Shown here one piece after another: positions 1-27,679 of a stretch of 64,000 nt of DNA. The notes beneath the pieces are model-generated. The model worked only from the letters and a program-made list of their open reading frames with translations, was not told where the DNA came from and made no database searches. The position numbers were made by a program, and so were the translations under genes. The stretch's first letter is position 1; each line of letters starts with the position of its first letter. The stretch comes from the human T2T-CHM13v2.0 reference genome, Homo sapiens, in the NCBI RefSeq assembly GCF_009914755.1, contig NC_060925.1; one strand, 5' to 3'.

Positions 1-3030
<3,030 letters not shown>

Positions 3031-3768
3031 GTCATGATCTGTTCCCTGAATTAACATCCCTACTGTTGATTTTCCCCCTCCCACTGTGTGGTCATTCTAA
3101 AAATATTTACATATATTTGTCAGCCAAGCACTGGTTTAGGATCTGGGAGTAAGATAGACATGGTTCATTCCTTCACTGAGTTTATGAGCCAGCATAGGAA
3201 ACAGAAGTAGAACAAGTGCTAAACTTTGGTAAGTCTCTCAGGTATACCTTTCTCAGGGTAATATTAACTGAACCCCCCGCCCCGCCTCCCATTTATTTTC
3301 CTCCTAGCATTTCCCATTATCACAGGTTACCTTATTTATGTGTTCATTTTAACTCATTACCCTGTAAGTTTCTTAAGTGGCAGGCATGTTTTGTTACAGT
3401 TATAACTCACTCAGCACTTAGAACACTACCTGGCATATAGGAGATGTCCTGTTGAATTAATATGTAATGTTAATGTCACTGATGGGGAGGTACAAGTTTT
3501 TGTGGAAAGATAGGAGGGACAGATTTGTGTGTGGATAGGGGCTTGTTTAGAGAAGGCTTGCAGGAAATGACAGTTATCAGATCTAAATTCTAAAGGAAGA
3601 ATAAAAGATGAAAAAAGTGGGGAGTTCACTAGGACTCAAGTGCTGCTTGCCTATGTGAGAAGGGGAGTGGTGAGAAGAGGGGCAGTACTGTTTCAGGTCT
3701 TGAAGGACCTTGTAAGCCATGACATTAAAGCTGCCAATTGATTACCTCCTTTTCTTTCCCCCATCTAG

Positions 3769-3801
3769 GTGGCCCACAAACTCTTTAACAACTTGAAATA
3801 A
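3769..3801 (+). CDS. UQCRH: Last coding exon of ubiquinol-cytochrome c reductase hinge protein (VAHKLFNNLK*)
   Basis: Polypyrimidine tract and AG acceptor at 3767-3768; GTG GCC CAC AAA CTC TTT AAC AAC TTG AAA TAA matches the UQCRH C-terminus; adjacent to NSUN4. Confidence 0.93.
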   Translation: MAHKLFNNLK

Positions 3802-3969
3802 ATGTGTGGACTTAATTCACCCCAGTCTTCATCATCTGGGCATCAGAATATTTCCTTATGGTTTTGGATGTACCATTTGTTTCTTATTTGTGTAACTGTA
3901 AGTTCACATGAACCTCATGGGTTTGGCTTAGGCTGGTAGCTTCTATGTAATTCGCAATGATTCCATCTA

Positions 3970-3975
3970 AATAAA
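3970..3975 (+). terminator. UQCRH: UQCRH polyadenylation signal
   Basis: AATAAA about 170 nt after the stop codon, followed by a T-rich downstream tract. Confidence 0.8.
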
Positions 3976-4084
3976 AGTTCTATGATCTGCAAACCTGCCC
4001 GTCTTTTTTTTTTAATTGAGAATTTTTTTTTTTAATTTGATATTTTCTTTTAGTTTTGAGGGGGTGGGGAGCGGCAAGGAGGAC

Positions 4085-7314
<3,230 letters not shown>

Positions 7315-8610
7315 CCCAAATCTCATTTCAAATTGTAATCCCCAGGTGTCAAAGGAGGGACCTGGTGGGAGATGACTGGATCATGGGGGTGGTTTCCCCC
7401 ATGCTATTCACATGATAGTGAATGAGTTCTCATGAGATCTGATGGTTTAAAAGATTTTGACAGTCCCCCCCCATCTCATTGCCAGCTCCTCTCTGACCCC
7501 GCTGCTGCTATGTGTGGGGAAAAGAAAGAGGGATCAGATTGTTACTGTGTCTGTGTAGAAAGAAGTAGACATAGGAGACTCCATTTTGTTCTGTACTAAG
7601 AAAAATTCTTCTGCCTTGAGATGCTGTTAATCTGTAACCTTACCCCCAACCCTGTGCTCTCTGAAACATGTGCTGTGTCAACTCAGGGTTAAATGGATTA
7701 AGGGCTGTGCAAGATGTGCTTTGTTAAACAGATGCTTGAAGGCAGCATGCTCCTTAAGAGTCATCACCACTCCCTAATCTCAAGTACCCAGGCAAACACT
7801 GCGGAAGGCTTCAGGGACCTCTGCCTAGGAAAGCCAGGTATTGTCCAAGGTTTCTCCCCATGTGATAGTCTGAAATATGGCCTCGTGGGAAGGGAGAGAC
7901 CTGACCATCCCCCAGCCCGACACCCGTAAAGGGTCTGTGCTGAGGAGAATTAGTAAAAGAGGAGGGAATGCCTCTTTGCAGTTGAGACAAGAGGAAGGCA
8001 TCTCTCTCCTGCGCGTCCCTGGGCAATGGAATGTCTCAGTGTAAAACCCAATTGTATATTCCATCTACTGAGATAGGGGAAAACCGCCTCAGGGGTGGAG
8101 GTGGGACATGCGGTGGGCAATACTGCTCTTTAAGGCATTGAGATGTTTATGTGTATGCATATCTAAAGCACAGCACTTAATTCTTTACCTTGTCTATGAT
8201 GCAGAGACCTTTGTTCACCTGTTTATCTGCTGACCTTCTCTCCACTATTATCCTATGACCCTGCCACATCCCCCTCTCTGAGAGAGAAACACCCAAGAAT
8301 GATCAATAAATACTAAGGGAACTCAGAGGCTGGCAGGATCCTCCATATGCTGAACGCTGGTCCCCTGGGCCCCCTTATTTCTTTCTCTATACTTTGTCTC
8401 CGTGTCTTTTTCTTTTCCAAGTCTCTTGTTCCACCTAACGAGAAACACACACAGGTGTGGAGGGGCAACCCGCCCCTTCAGCTATGTAAGATGTATCTTG
8501 TTTCCCCTTTGCCTTCCCACATGATTGAAAGTTCCTGAGGCCTTCCCAGCCATGTGGAACTGAGTTAATTAAGCCTCTTGTGTTTATAAATTACTCAGTC
8601 TCAAGTAGGT
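7315..8610 (+). mobile_element. THE1/MST-type MaLR LTR split by the LTR5 insertion
   Basis: ccaaatctcatttcaaattgtaatcccc...gagatctgatggttt before the LTR5 and gtaagatg...tttataaattactcagtctc after it. Confidence 0.8.
7513..8480 (+). mobile_element. HERV-K(HML-2) LTR5 solo LTR, 968 bp
   Basis: Begins TGTGGGGAAAAG and ends CCCCTTCA; perfect 6-bp TSD GCTATG (7507-7512 and 8481-8486); internal AATAAA. Confidence 0.95.
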
Positions 8611-8770
8611 TTTTTGCGAAGAGGCGCGGTGGTTCACGCTTGTAATCCAGCCTGGGCAACAGAGTGAAACACTGTCTTGAAAAAAAAAAAAAAATTCAAA
8701 TGTACACCAAGGGTGAAATTTTGCAGTGAACATCCCTAAACCCATCACCCAGATTTTAGTAAATGTTTAC

Positions 8771-8998
8771 TGATTGGTTTGGCTCTGTGTCCCCCGCCAA
8801 ATCTCATCTTGTAGCTGCCATAATTCCCATGCGTTGTGGGAGGGACCTGGTGGGAGATGATTGAATCAGTGGGGCAGGTCCTTCTTGTGTTGTTCTTGTG
8901 ATAGCGAATGGGTCTCACGAGATCTGATGGTTTTAAAAACAGGAGTTTCCCTGCACAAGCCCTTTTTGCATGCTGCCATCCACGTAAGATGTGACTTG
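8771..8998 (+). mobile_element. THE1 LTR 5' fragment
   Basis: tgattggtttggctctgtgtcccc...aaatctcatcttgtagct...gagatctgatggtttt. Confidence 0.75.
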
Positions 8999-9198
8999 CA
9001 CTGTACTACAATAAGTAAGAGTAAGACTCTGTCCAGGAAAAAAAAAAAAGAAAAGAAAAAAGAAAGAAATGCCTAAGATGGCCGGGTGCGGTGGCTCATG
9101 CCTGTAATCCCAGCACTTTGGGAGGCCAAGGCGGGTGGATCGCGAGGTCAAGAGATCAAGACCATCCTGGCTAACACGGTGAAAACCCATCTCTACTA

Positions 9199-9357
<159 letters not shown>

Positions 9358-9374
9358 CTAAAAAAAAAAAAAAA

Positions 9375-9920
9375 GAAATGCCTGAGACTGGGTAATTTAT
9401 AAAGAAAAGAGGTTTAATTGGCTCACAGTTCTGCAGGCAAGCATGGGTGGGGAGGCCTCAGGAAACTTACAATCATGGCGGAAGGTGAAGGGGAAGCAGG
9501 CTCATCTTACATGGCTGGAGCAGGAGGGATAGAGAGAAGGGGGAGGTGGTATACACTTTTTGTTTTGTTTTGTTTTCAGATGGAGTCTCACTCTGTCGCC
9601 CAGGCAGGAGTGCAATGGTGAGATCACGGCTCACTGCAGTCTCCACCTCCTGGGTTCAAGCCTCAGCCTTCCGAGTAACTGGGACTACAGGCACATGCCA
9701 CCATGCCCGGCTAAATTTTTTTTTTTTTTTTTGTATTTTTAGTAGAGATGGGGTTTCACCTTATTGGCCAGGCTGGTCTCGAACTCCTGACCTCATGACC
9801 CACCTGCCTCGGCCTCCCAAAGTGCTGGGATTACAGGCGTAAGCCACCACAACCAGCTGGTGCTATACACTTTTAAACAACTTGATATGAGATTTGGGCA
9901 GGGATGCAGATCCAAACCAC
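9375..9920 (-). mobile_element. MST-type MaLR LTR fragment with an inserted Alu
   Basis: cctgagactgggtaatttataaagaaaagaggtttaattggctcacagttctgcagg...gagatttggg...atccaaacca. Confidence 0.75.
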
Positions 9921-10641
9921 GTAAGGTTTTAAAATGGTTAACAGAAAAATGGCTTAAAATTTTAATTGGCTTTATATGGCATTAAATTTAATTAATTAAT
10001 TAATTTCTCTTTCCCCTCCCTGCCCTCTTTTATGGCATTTTAGTTCCCAGAAGTGGTCTACATAAAACTGTCAAAAGTAAAAAAGTTAAATACATATAAA
10101 TAAATATTTGTGGGTGTGCTTTTTGTGTGGCTTAAAATCTTAAACTGGAGCAGGATTGGCCGGGCACAGTGGGTCATGCCTGTAATCCCGGCACTTTGGG
10201 AGGCCGAGGCGGGTGGATCATGAGGTCAGGAGATCGAGACTATCCTGGCTAACAGGGTGAAACCCCGTCTTTACTAAAAATACAAAAAATTAGCTGGGTG
10301 TGGTACCATGCACCTGTAATCCCAGCTACTCAGGAGGCTGAGGCAGGAGAATCCCTTGAACTCAGGAGGCAGAGATTGCAGTGAGTCGAGGTTGCGCCAT
10401 TGCCTGGGTGACAGAGCAAGACTCCATCTCAAACAAAACAAAACAAATAAACTGGGGCATGATTTCTGGATTCCTAGATTTTCACTAAAATTTATGTTTG
10501 TTAAGAATTTAAGGTAACATGTAATTCTGTATATAAAATATGCCAAAAGATGGTGCTCTTATTAATTTTTTCTTTTGGCCAATTTGGGTATTATTTAAAG
10601 AGAAGTTTAAAATAAGAAACTGGGCCAGGTGCAGTGGTTCA

Positions 10642-10890
<249 letters not shown>

Positions 10891-10902
10891 TCAAAAAATT
10901 AA

Positions 10903-11019
<117 letters not shown>

Positions 11020-11090
11020 TGAGGTCAGAAGTTCGGGACCAGCCTGACCAATATGATAAAACCCTGTCTGTACTAAAAACACAAAAATTA

Positions 11091-11237
<147 letters not shown>

Positions 11238-11447
11238 TTAAAAAAAGAAAGAAGGAAAGAAAGAGAGAGAGAAAGAAAGAAAGATACAGAAATAAAGATG
11301 TATTTTTAATTTTAAAAATATAGGCCGAGGCCGGGCGTGGTGGCTCACGCCTATAATCCCAGCACTTTGAGAGGCTGAGGCAGGCGGATCATGCGGTTAA
11401 GAAATCGAGACCATCCTGGCCAACATTGTGAAACCCTGTCTCTACTA

Positions 11448-11579
<132 letters not shown>

Positions 11580-11630
11580 CTAGTCTGGCAACAGAGCGAG
11601 ACTCTGACTCAAAAAAATAAAAAATAAAAA

Positions 11631-11632
<2 letters not shown>

Positions 11633-11674
<42 letters not shown>
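11633..11674 (+). repeat. (CA)21 microsatellite
   Basis: Pure AC run after an Alu tail. Confidence 0.95.
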
Positions 11675-11677
<3 letters not shown>

Positions 11678-11733
11678 TAATTTTACATGAGGTAAAATCT
11701 TATGTGGTAAATTCTTGTCCTAGAGTGAAATGA

Positions 11734-11965
<232 letters not shown>

Positions 11966-12111
11966 TAGCCAGGGAGGTCTCAATCTCTTGACCTCGTGAT
12001 CCACCCACCTCAGCTTCCCAAAGTGCTCAGATTACAGGAGTGAGCCACCGCACCTGGCCTATTTTATTTTATTTTTGAGATGGAGTTTTCCTCTTGTTGC
12101 CCAGGCTGTAG

Positions 12112-12357
<246 letters not shown>

Positions 12358-13551
12358 TAATTTTTTTGTATTTTTTTAGTAGATACAGGGTTTCACCGTG
12401 TTAGCCAGGATGGTCTCGATCTCCTGACCTCGTGATCTGCCCTTCTTGGTCTTCCAAAGTGCTGGGATTACAGGCGTGAGCCACCGTGCCCGGGTGATAA
12501 GTTCTTAAAAGAAACAGGTTATAGTATTGAAAAGCAAAATTTCTTGTAATTTTTTTTTTTTGAGACAGAGTCTCACTCTGTCCCCCTACCCCGAGAATCA
12601 ATTACAACCAAAATAAAAGAGCCTTTAATAGGTATTGTTAAGTACCCCCAACTACTATTAACCTTTAGGAAATCACTAGCTGGGTACACCTGTCCAATAT
12701 TAAACCTGTTTCTTATGAGTCCCTGTAGGAGTAAAAGGAGGACATCATGACCTACACTTGTGAACTTGTAGCAGGATGAGCCGCAGACAAAACCTCTCAG
12801 ACACCGAGTTGTAGAAGGAAGGGCTTTATTCAGCTGGGAGCATCGGCAAGCTACTGCCTTAAAATCCGAACTCCCCAAGAGAGCAATTCCTGTCCCTTTT
12901 AAGGGCTCACAACTCTAAGGATTTCACATGAAAGGGTCGTGATTGATTTGGAGCAAGCAAGGGGTACGTGACAGGGGCTGCATGCACCGGTGGTCAGAGA
13001 GAAACAGAACAGGGCAGGGAGTTTCACAATGTTCTTCTGCACAATGTCTGGAATCTATGAATAACATCGGTTTTTAAGTTATGAGTTGATTTTTAACTAC
13101 TGGGTTTAGGCCAGGCAGGCCCAGGCTTGGTTTCGGGCCTGGCGCTGGGCTGCCTGTCTTTGGTTTTACTTCCTTGTTTTTTTTTTTTTTTTTTCTTAAA
13201 ATAGGTACTGAGTATAAAACAATATAAAACAATATGAGAAGGTCTCTCTCTCCCCTCATTTCCCCCCTTTGAGACTCTCACTTTCTATTAGTGGGAGTTC
13301 TGACTTTTATTTTTGCTACTTATGTCTTTTTGTGCAATAGATTGATAGTGATTTATATAGTACACTTGTGCTAAAGCATTTTGGTGAACTAAGATAGTGA
13401 TGAAGCTTTTTATCATTTGAAGAAGTACAGGTAGCAAACAAGGAAGCAGTAAACAGGTTCTTATTACTATTATAAATTCTATTATAAGAGTTTTAAATCC
13501 TTCTAGTGCTGGGAACTAATTTTTAAACATGGCTTCAGGATCGAATTCATG

Positions 13552-13761
13552 CTACACTTGCATGGGCACATGTGTCAGTTTTGTCATATTTTTAACTATG
13601 TCTTTAACTACTTGCCTTTGATTATCTATGTGTAGACAGTAATTAGTAAGGTTAAATTTCTTATAGACCTCTCTTTCAGCTGCTAGCAAGTAGTTGAGAG
13701 CCAATCTATTTTGATAGATAGCATTTCTTATCTGAGTTTCTTGCTGGGCCAGAATAGTCAA
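13552..13761 (-). pseudogene. ERV env TM fragment with immunosuppressive domain
   Basis: QNRLALNYLLAAE motif (CKS-17-like); CX6CC motif degenerated; flanked by stops. Confidence 0.85.
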
Positions 13762-15329
13762 GGCTTGACTGGTTTTACTAGGGATGATTTCTAAAACAGC
13801 TTGCAGCTGTATGATTCAGTTGAGCATGTAAGTGGGGGTCCAGTATCCCCATGAGCCGTCTTGTGTCTAAGTGGCAGGCCTATAGTATTATATAATTTTT
13901 TTTTGAAGGTCATTTATCATCTTTCCAATTTCCTATGGCTATGCTTCATTTTCCGCGGGAAGCATAGACAGGGAAGCCCAGGAGTTTGCCTGTTTTTATG
14001 GTCAGTAGAAAGAAAGATGGTTTAATAGTGCCAATAACACAACTACCTGTCCACTGGTCAGGCAGCTTAGCTTAAGCTCTATGTCTACGTATTCAGTATA
14101 ACTTGGTGGGGGCAGTCCAGTCCCGGTGGAATTCCAGGTGGGCCCAGACAGTCTGCAACCTTGGAAATTTACTGAATGGATCTCTTTCTATATAATTGGA
14201 ACTTCACCATGTAACTGTTTTTTTGCGGTACCATTATACAGTTCTTGGCCCAAACAACTAAGACATCCTATAGAATGAGTGAATTCTTTCTTTTTTCTAG
14301 CTATGTAATATTGTCCAATAATTGAGACTTTTAGAACCTAGAGATGATCAGGGTGATTCTTGTGGGCCAGGAATTCATCAGGAACTGCGTCTGTAGGCAC
14401 TAATTCTTGGGCTTTTTATGGCCATTGAGCTCTTATTACAGTTTTTTCACAAACATAACATGAAGTGACATTTAGAGACTGGGCTACACGCTCGGCTAAT
14501 TGCAAAAACAAATTTCTGGTTTTTCCTGGAGTCTCTTGGTACTGGCAAATTTAGTTCATCATAGAAAGTCTGAAATACTGGTTCCAGAGAGAGTTTACAA
14601 AACTCCTCTTTTACTAAGATATTTGCTGTAGGACCTAGTCTTTTCCTATTGATGCCCAGAGATACGTGTTCTCCTTTTTTCTACCTTGGGTTTAAGGGAT
14701 TTGTAATTATTAATTTCAAGGGGTTCCAATGTCCACTCGTATAGGAGGGGCTGCATTCTCCTTTTTGGAGCTAAACAGGATCTTTTTCATCCTTTTTCTA
14801 AGTAGTCTAGATGACACAAGACCAGTAATTACACACATTTGCACATGAGCTTAATTCATGGCAGATATACTTATTTCCTGCCGTGTAAACTTTTTTTTTT
14901 TCAACTTAAAGAACTGCATCTTATTTTATGCCAATTACTATTGATAGTGGCACAAGCATTAAATTTTAGGGTTATATGCTTGGAGACCCCTCTTTCTTCT
15001 GTCCTAGCTATTACTTTACTTGTGTCGCCTAGAAAAGGACCAGTCATTAATTTTATTTTAAAAACTGATCATGGGAGGCTTAAAATGGGTCATAACACGC
15101 ATCAGGTTGGTTATTTCCTGGGCTACATACCTTGGATAGAATTGCATTATACAAACAACTTTTAGAGTCCTGGTACACTTATAATAACCATAAAATAATA
15201 AGACTTTAGCAATCTTTTGTCCCTCAGTGACTTGATGTATATACTGGGAACAGCCCTCAGTCTTAGGAAGGTCAGTTGAAGTCCTTACAATACAAGTCCA
15301 AATTTTAAGGAAAATGAGTCCCCTGCTAT

Positions 15330-15955
15330 GAGTTTCCTCATGCTTCAGCTGTGTGTGGACCAGTCAGCTTCCGGGTATGACTGGAGCAGGGCTTGTCGTC
15401 TTCTTCAGAGTCACTTTGCAGGGGTTGGCGAAGCTGCTCCCATCCGCGTACAGCTCCCAGTCTACTGCTGTTTAAGGATGGTCTCGGAGTTTGGGCCCAC
15501 TAGAATAAACTGAGTCCAATACTTCTACACAGTTATGTTTAACTGGGCTCTCTGATACAAGATGCCCAGCAAGATGGCGGGGTTTAGGGTGTTGCAAACT
15601 TCAATGGTTATGCAGGGATTTTCACAGAGCAAGCTTTGGTATCTAGTTAGTCCAGCATTCATTAGTTAATGGTGTCCTTTGGTATTTATTAAAATCACCA
15701 CAGCATGGGGGGACTTTAGGTTTTGCCTAAGAGTTAGCTTATTTGCTTCTTGTGCTAACAGGGCCGTTGCTGCCAGGGCCCTTGGACGTGGGGCCAGCCT
15801 TTGGAAACCCCGTCTAGTTGCTTTGAGAGATAGGCCACTGGCCTTGGCCAGGGCCCTACAGTCTGGGTTAAAACTCTAACTGCCATTTTTTCTCTTTCTG
15901 ACACATAGAGTGTAAAGAGTTTTGTCAGGTCAGATAGCCTCAGGGCTGGGCCCAA
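15330..15955 (-). pseudogene. ERV pol remnant (RT connection/tether and integrase end)
   Basis: [18 protein letters not shown]...[21 protein letters not shown] is a typical gamma-like pol segment. Confidence 0.8.
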
Positions 15956-16256
15956 AAGGAGTTTTTTTTTAACTCATGTAAAGCTCATTGTAATAGATGT
16001 AGTTTTTCTAATCTACATTTTTATTGACTGTCATCTATCAAAATATTGACTTAAATCCTGTAACTATTTGATTTCAAGCTTTAAATTGATCTGGTATTCC
16101 TTGCGGGGCTCCAGTTGCATCTAAATAGATGTGAGAGTTGAAAGACCTATAAGGAGCTTCTCTCGCTTTATGATGTCTTATTTTTTTTTTTTCCTCTGGT
16201 TGATGAAATGCCAGGGTAAAAGGGATAGCCAAATGGACTAAAGCACAAGTGCCACT

Positions 16257-16731
16257 CTAGTTATTCAGCAGAGTGCCCAGTAAAGGTCCACCACAATACC
16301 ACCATACATCCACTCGGGGATGAACAGAGGCTGACTGATTGATAAGCTCTTGAAAATTCTTAAGCTCACTGCATCCCTTCAGGTCTCCAAGGAATGCTAA
16401 ATCTCCTCCCTGCCATGAGAGACAAGAAGTGAACTTAGTGTTGGGAGACATAAGTTGGATGGCCCTCCGGGGCTGACCCGCAGGGACTTCAGGATATAGC
16501 AGAGAGAGCTTGGCATGACTTATCACTCCAGGCTGTAGAATCCTGGAAAAGAGCTACCATGCAGCCCACGCCTGGTCGACTGGAGGACCACCTTAGTGGA
16601 AGGGGGACAATCAGGGCCTCTGGCCTGCCACGTGCACAAGCATAACAATTGCTTTTGTTTAACGTGCAGATGGAATATATGATCCATTTCAACCAGGCAT
16701 TTGCATCTTGGTATGCCGTCTTAATTGCCAA
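16257..16731 (-). pseudogene. Second env-like (SU) fragment, probably HERV-I type, lying 5' of pol
   Basis: Cys/Trp-rich frameshifted segments NAWLKWIIYSICTLNKSNCYACARGRPEA and DVWWYCGGPLL. Confidence 0.6.
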
Positions 16732-16981
16732 AGTTTGTTTTAAGTCTTTAACTTGTATGGTCCTCTAGTAAAATGAATGTTTCCTTTAGCACCTATTTTT
16801 ATTAGTTTTTAGACCAAAGAAAGCTAAACATTATTTTATATTTAATAATGTTTCTTGTATGATTTTTATACCAGATAAGTTAAATTTTACCTTTATATTA
16901 GTGTGTTGTTAATGTTAAACTTAATTTTAATAAAACCTTGTAGACATATTTATCCAATTTTTTATGTTTGACCAATTTTTT

Positions 16982-17733
16982 ATGCTTGAAGGCGGCATGC
17001 TCATTAAGAGTCATCACCACTCCCTAATCTCAAGTACCCAGGGACACAAACACTGCAGAAGGCCTCAGGGACCTCTGCCTAGGAAAGCCAGGTATTGTCC
17101 AAGGTTTCTCCCCATGTGATAGTCTGAAATATGGCCTCGTGGGAAGGGAAAGACCTGACCATCCCCCAGCCCGACACCCGTAAAGGTTCTGTGCTGAGGA
17201 GAATTAGTAAAAGAGGAAGGAATGCCTCTTTGCAGTTGAGACAAGAGGAAGGCATCTATCTCCTGCGCGTCCCTGGGCAATGGAATGTCTCAGTGTAAAA
17301 CCCAATTGTATATTCCATCTACTGAGATAGGGGAAAACCGCCTCAGGGGTGGAGGTGGGACATGCGGTGGGCAATACTGCTCTTTAAGGCATTGAGATGT
17401 TTATGTGTATGCATATCTAAAGCACAGCACTTAATTCTTTACCTTGTTCATGATGCAGAGAGCTTTGTTCACGTGTTTACCTGCTGACCTTCTCTCCACT
17501 ATTATCCTATGACCCTGCCACATCCCCCTCTCTGAGAGAGAAACACCCAATAATGATCAATAAATACTAAGGGAACTTAGAGTCCGGCGGGATCCTCCGT
17601 ATGCTGAACGCTGGTCCCCTGGGCCCCCTTATTTCTTTCTCTATACTTTGTCTCCATGTCTTTTTCTTTTCCAAGTCTCTCGTTCCACCTAACAAGAAAC
17701 ACCCAAAGGTGTGGAGGGGCAACCCACCCCTTC
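16982..17733 (+). mobile_element. 5'-truncated HERV-K LTR5 inside the Harlequin provirus, opposite orientation
   Basis: Colinear with 7732-8480; ends GGGGCAACCCACCCCTTCA; first ~220 nt missing; no TSD visible. Confidence 0.93.
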
Positions 17734-18081
17734 ATTTTTTGTTTACAACTTTTGGAGACAATTTTTCAACATGTCTCAACTTTCTGACTTATTACAAACT
17801 TTTTTTCTTTAAACAAACAGTTAATTTATTTCAGGACAAGAATTTACCATATAACACTCTTTTTACATAAATTTTGCCTGCCCCCCTTTTTTTTTCTTTT
17901 TTTGAAGATAACCATTCCTTATGTCTTTGGACTAGACTGTCCAAGGCCACAAGATTAGAAGTTACCATAATACATGTTACACTGTTAACTTTTAGCAAAC
18001 GTCACTTTTGTTGAAAACCTTGTAAGTTTGGGATTTCAATTATCCTTTGCTATTAATAAGACCTTGTTTAGTCTAAATTAA

Positions 18082-18454
<373 letters not shown>

Positions 18455-19264
18455 ATTATGCTGCTATTCTCTTGACTGCTGTGGGGGGGAAGGGGGTCTA
18501 AAACCAGCTGTAACTGTCTATGTACAGAAACTGGTCTGGGTGCCTTGGCTTACAGGTGGCCTTCTGTCATACCTTTGAAACAACGGACCTGTCCAGGCCA
18601 ACCCACCTCTAATGCTGTCCAGTCTATTTCACACAAAGTTTTAAGTTTTCCTGGTGCCACAGTAACACCGTAATCTCCCTTAAATTCTCTCTTGAAATTC
18701 TCTTTTTAACATAGTTCCTAGTGGGGTGGGCTTATTTGCCTGACCCATGCTGCTTTTTTTTTTTGATACAAAATACCATGCTCACATCACACACACTCAC
18801 CACAAGACAAAGAACAGGTAAAAAGGGCACACATACACTTTTACCGTTTATACCAAACCAAAATCACGAAATTCAAAATCCGAGTACCAAAAAATCCAAG
18901 ACAAGTCAAAACCAAAACCAAAGTATCCAGCAATTCAAGTCAAGTTAAAACCAGAACAAAAGTGCCAATGCAGACCCGCCATGGGTGATCAGGCCATGCT
19001 TCCACTCAGATGGAGTGGGGCAAGTTCCAAAGACTAGTCTTACCAAGTTTCAGATGTCCGGACTCCAAGTGCCAGTTCCTTCCTGGTGTTCAGCCACTGT
19101 GTTAATCCTCTGTGGGGGCCTGCTACATGCTGCTCTGGCGACGCGTTCCACTGGGGCAATTGCCTACCCGGGAGCACTCTTTGGATCGCGTCACTCAAGC
19201 TGTCTGGAGTCCCCCACAGGGACGCTCCACAGGGCAGGTTTAAGCCGGCCGTCAGTCACCTCGC

Positions 19265-19282
19265 TTCCCGGTCAGGGAACCA
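19265..19282 (-). other. Primer binding site for tRNA-Glu
   Basis: The + strand reads TTCCCGGTCAGGGAACCA, the 3' 18 nt of tRNA-Glu, 5 nt from the 5' LTR. Confidence 0.9.
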
Positions 19283-19776
19283 AGAAATGTAGCAGGACAA
19301 GCCGCAGACAAAAACCTCTCAGACACCGAGTTGTAGAAGGAAGGGCTTTATTCATCTGGGAGCATCGGCAAGCTACTGCCTTAAAATCCGAACTCCCCGA
19401 GTGAGCAATTCCTGTCCCTTTTAAGGGCTCACAACTCTAAGGATTTCACATGAAAGGGTCGTGATTGATTTGAGCAAGCAAGGAGTACGTGACAGGGGCT
19501 GCATGCACCGGTGCTCAGAGAGAAACAGAACAGGGCAGGGAGTTTCACAGTGTTCTTCTATACAATGTCTGGAATCTATGAATAACATCGGTTTTTAAGT
19601 TATGAGTTGATTTTTAACTACTGGGTTTAGGTCAGGCAGGCCAGGGCCTGGTTTCGGGCCTGGCGCCGGGCTGCCTGTCTTTGGTTTTACTTCCTTGTTT
19701 TTTTTTTTTTTTCTTAAAACAGGTACTGAGTATAAAACAATATAAAACCATATGAGAAGTTCTCTCTCTTCCCTCA

Positions 19777-26663
<6,887 letters not shown>

Positions 26664-27051
26664 TGAGCCACAGTGCCGGCCAGCCTTTTTCTTGAAAAAT
26701 GAACAAAGTGAGCCTGTCACTTCAAGGAAAATAACTGACAGTATTTGTTGCCAATAAGAAAATTCCAAAATTCCACATTCAAATGCCAAATAAGAAAAAG
26801 CTTTCGGCTGGGGGCAGCGTGAGCCACCGCGCCCGGCCAAGTTTTGTATTATTTTTCTTAACTATGTCTTCTCAAATTGCGGAAGCGTTAGGCCCCACAA
26901 CATTTGACATCACCAGTAGGGATCCAGTGGAGAGGAGGGACATGATCAGAAACTGTGTTTTTAAATGATCATTCAACAGCCAATTATCAGGGTGGGTAGG
27001 AGTGAGGCAGGGAGATCAAAAGGCAGGGAGATTGGCTGGGATTACAGGCAT

Positions 27052-27277
27052 TGTTACCAGAAAGGGGTCCCGATCCGGACCCCAAGAGAGGTTCATGGAT
27101 CTCGCACAAGAAAGAATTCAGGGCGAGTCCGCAATGCAAAGTGAGAGCAAGTTTATTAAAGTACAAGAATAAAAGAATGGATAGTCCATAGATAGAGCAG
27201 CTCCAAGGGCTGCTTGCCCATTTTTATGGTTATTTCTTGATGGTACGCTAAACAAGGGGTGGGTTATTCACGCCTCC
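27052..27277 (-). mobile_element. MER41A/B-type LTR 3' fragment upstream of NSUN4
   Basis: tgttaccagaaaggggtcccgatccggaccccaagagag...gaaagaattcagggcgagtcc...aagtttatt. Confidence 0.8.
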
Positions 27278-27679
27278 ACTTTTTTTTTTTTTTTTTTTTT
27301 TTTTGAGACGGAGTCTCGCTTTGTCGCCCAGGCTGGAGTGCAGTGGCGCGATCTGGGCTCACTGCAAGCTCCGCCTCCCGGGTTCACGCCATCCCTCAGC
27401 TTCCCGAGTAGCTGGGACTGCAGGCGCCAGCAACCTCGCCCGGCTAATTTTTTGTATTTTTGGTAGAGACGGGGTTTCACCGTGTTAGCCAGGAGGGTCT
27501 CGATCTCCTGACCTCGTGATCTGCTCGCCTCGGCCTCCCAAAGTGCTGGGATTACAGGCGTGAGCCACCACGCCCGGCCAGGTCCCGAAACTTAAGCTTC
27601 ATTTGTTTCACTGCAAATCTGCTTCTGCCTACAAGCCTGGTCTCATTTTCCTCTACCTAAGGATCTTCCTCCATGCAAT

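Noticed and set aside
13260-15300. Intact or domesticated env (syncytin-like)
   Set aside because: Multiple stops and frameshifts and a lost CX6CC motif; the longest env-frame ORF here is 69 aa
19265-19282. tRNA-Glu gene
   Set aside because: Only the 18-nt 3' end is present; it is the proviral primer binding site
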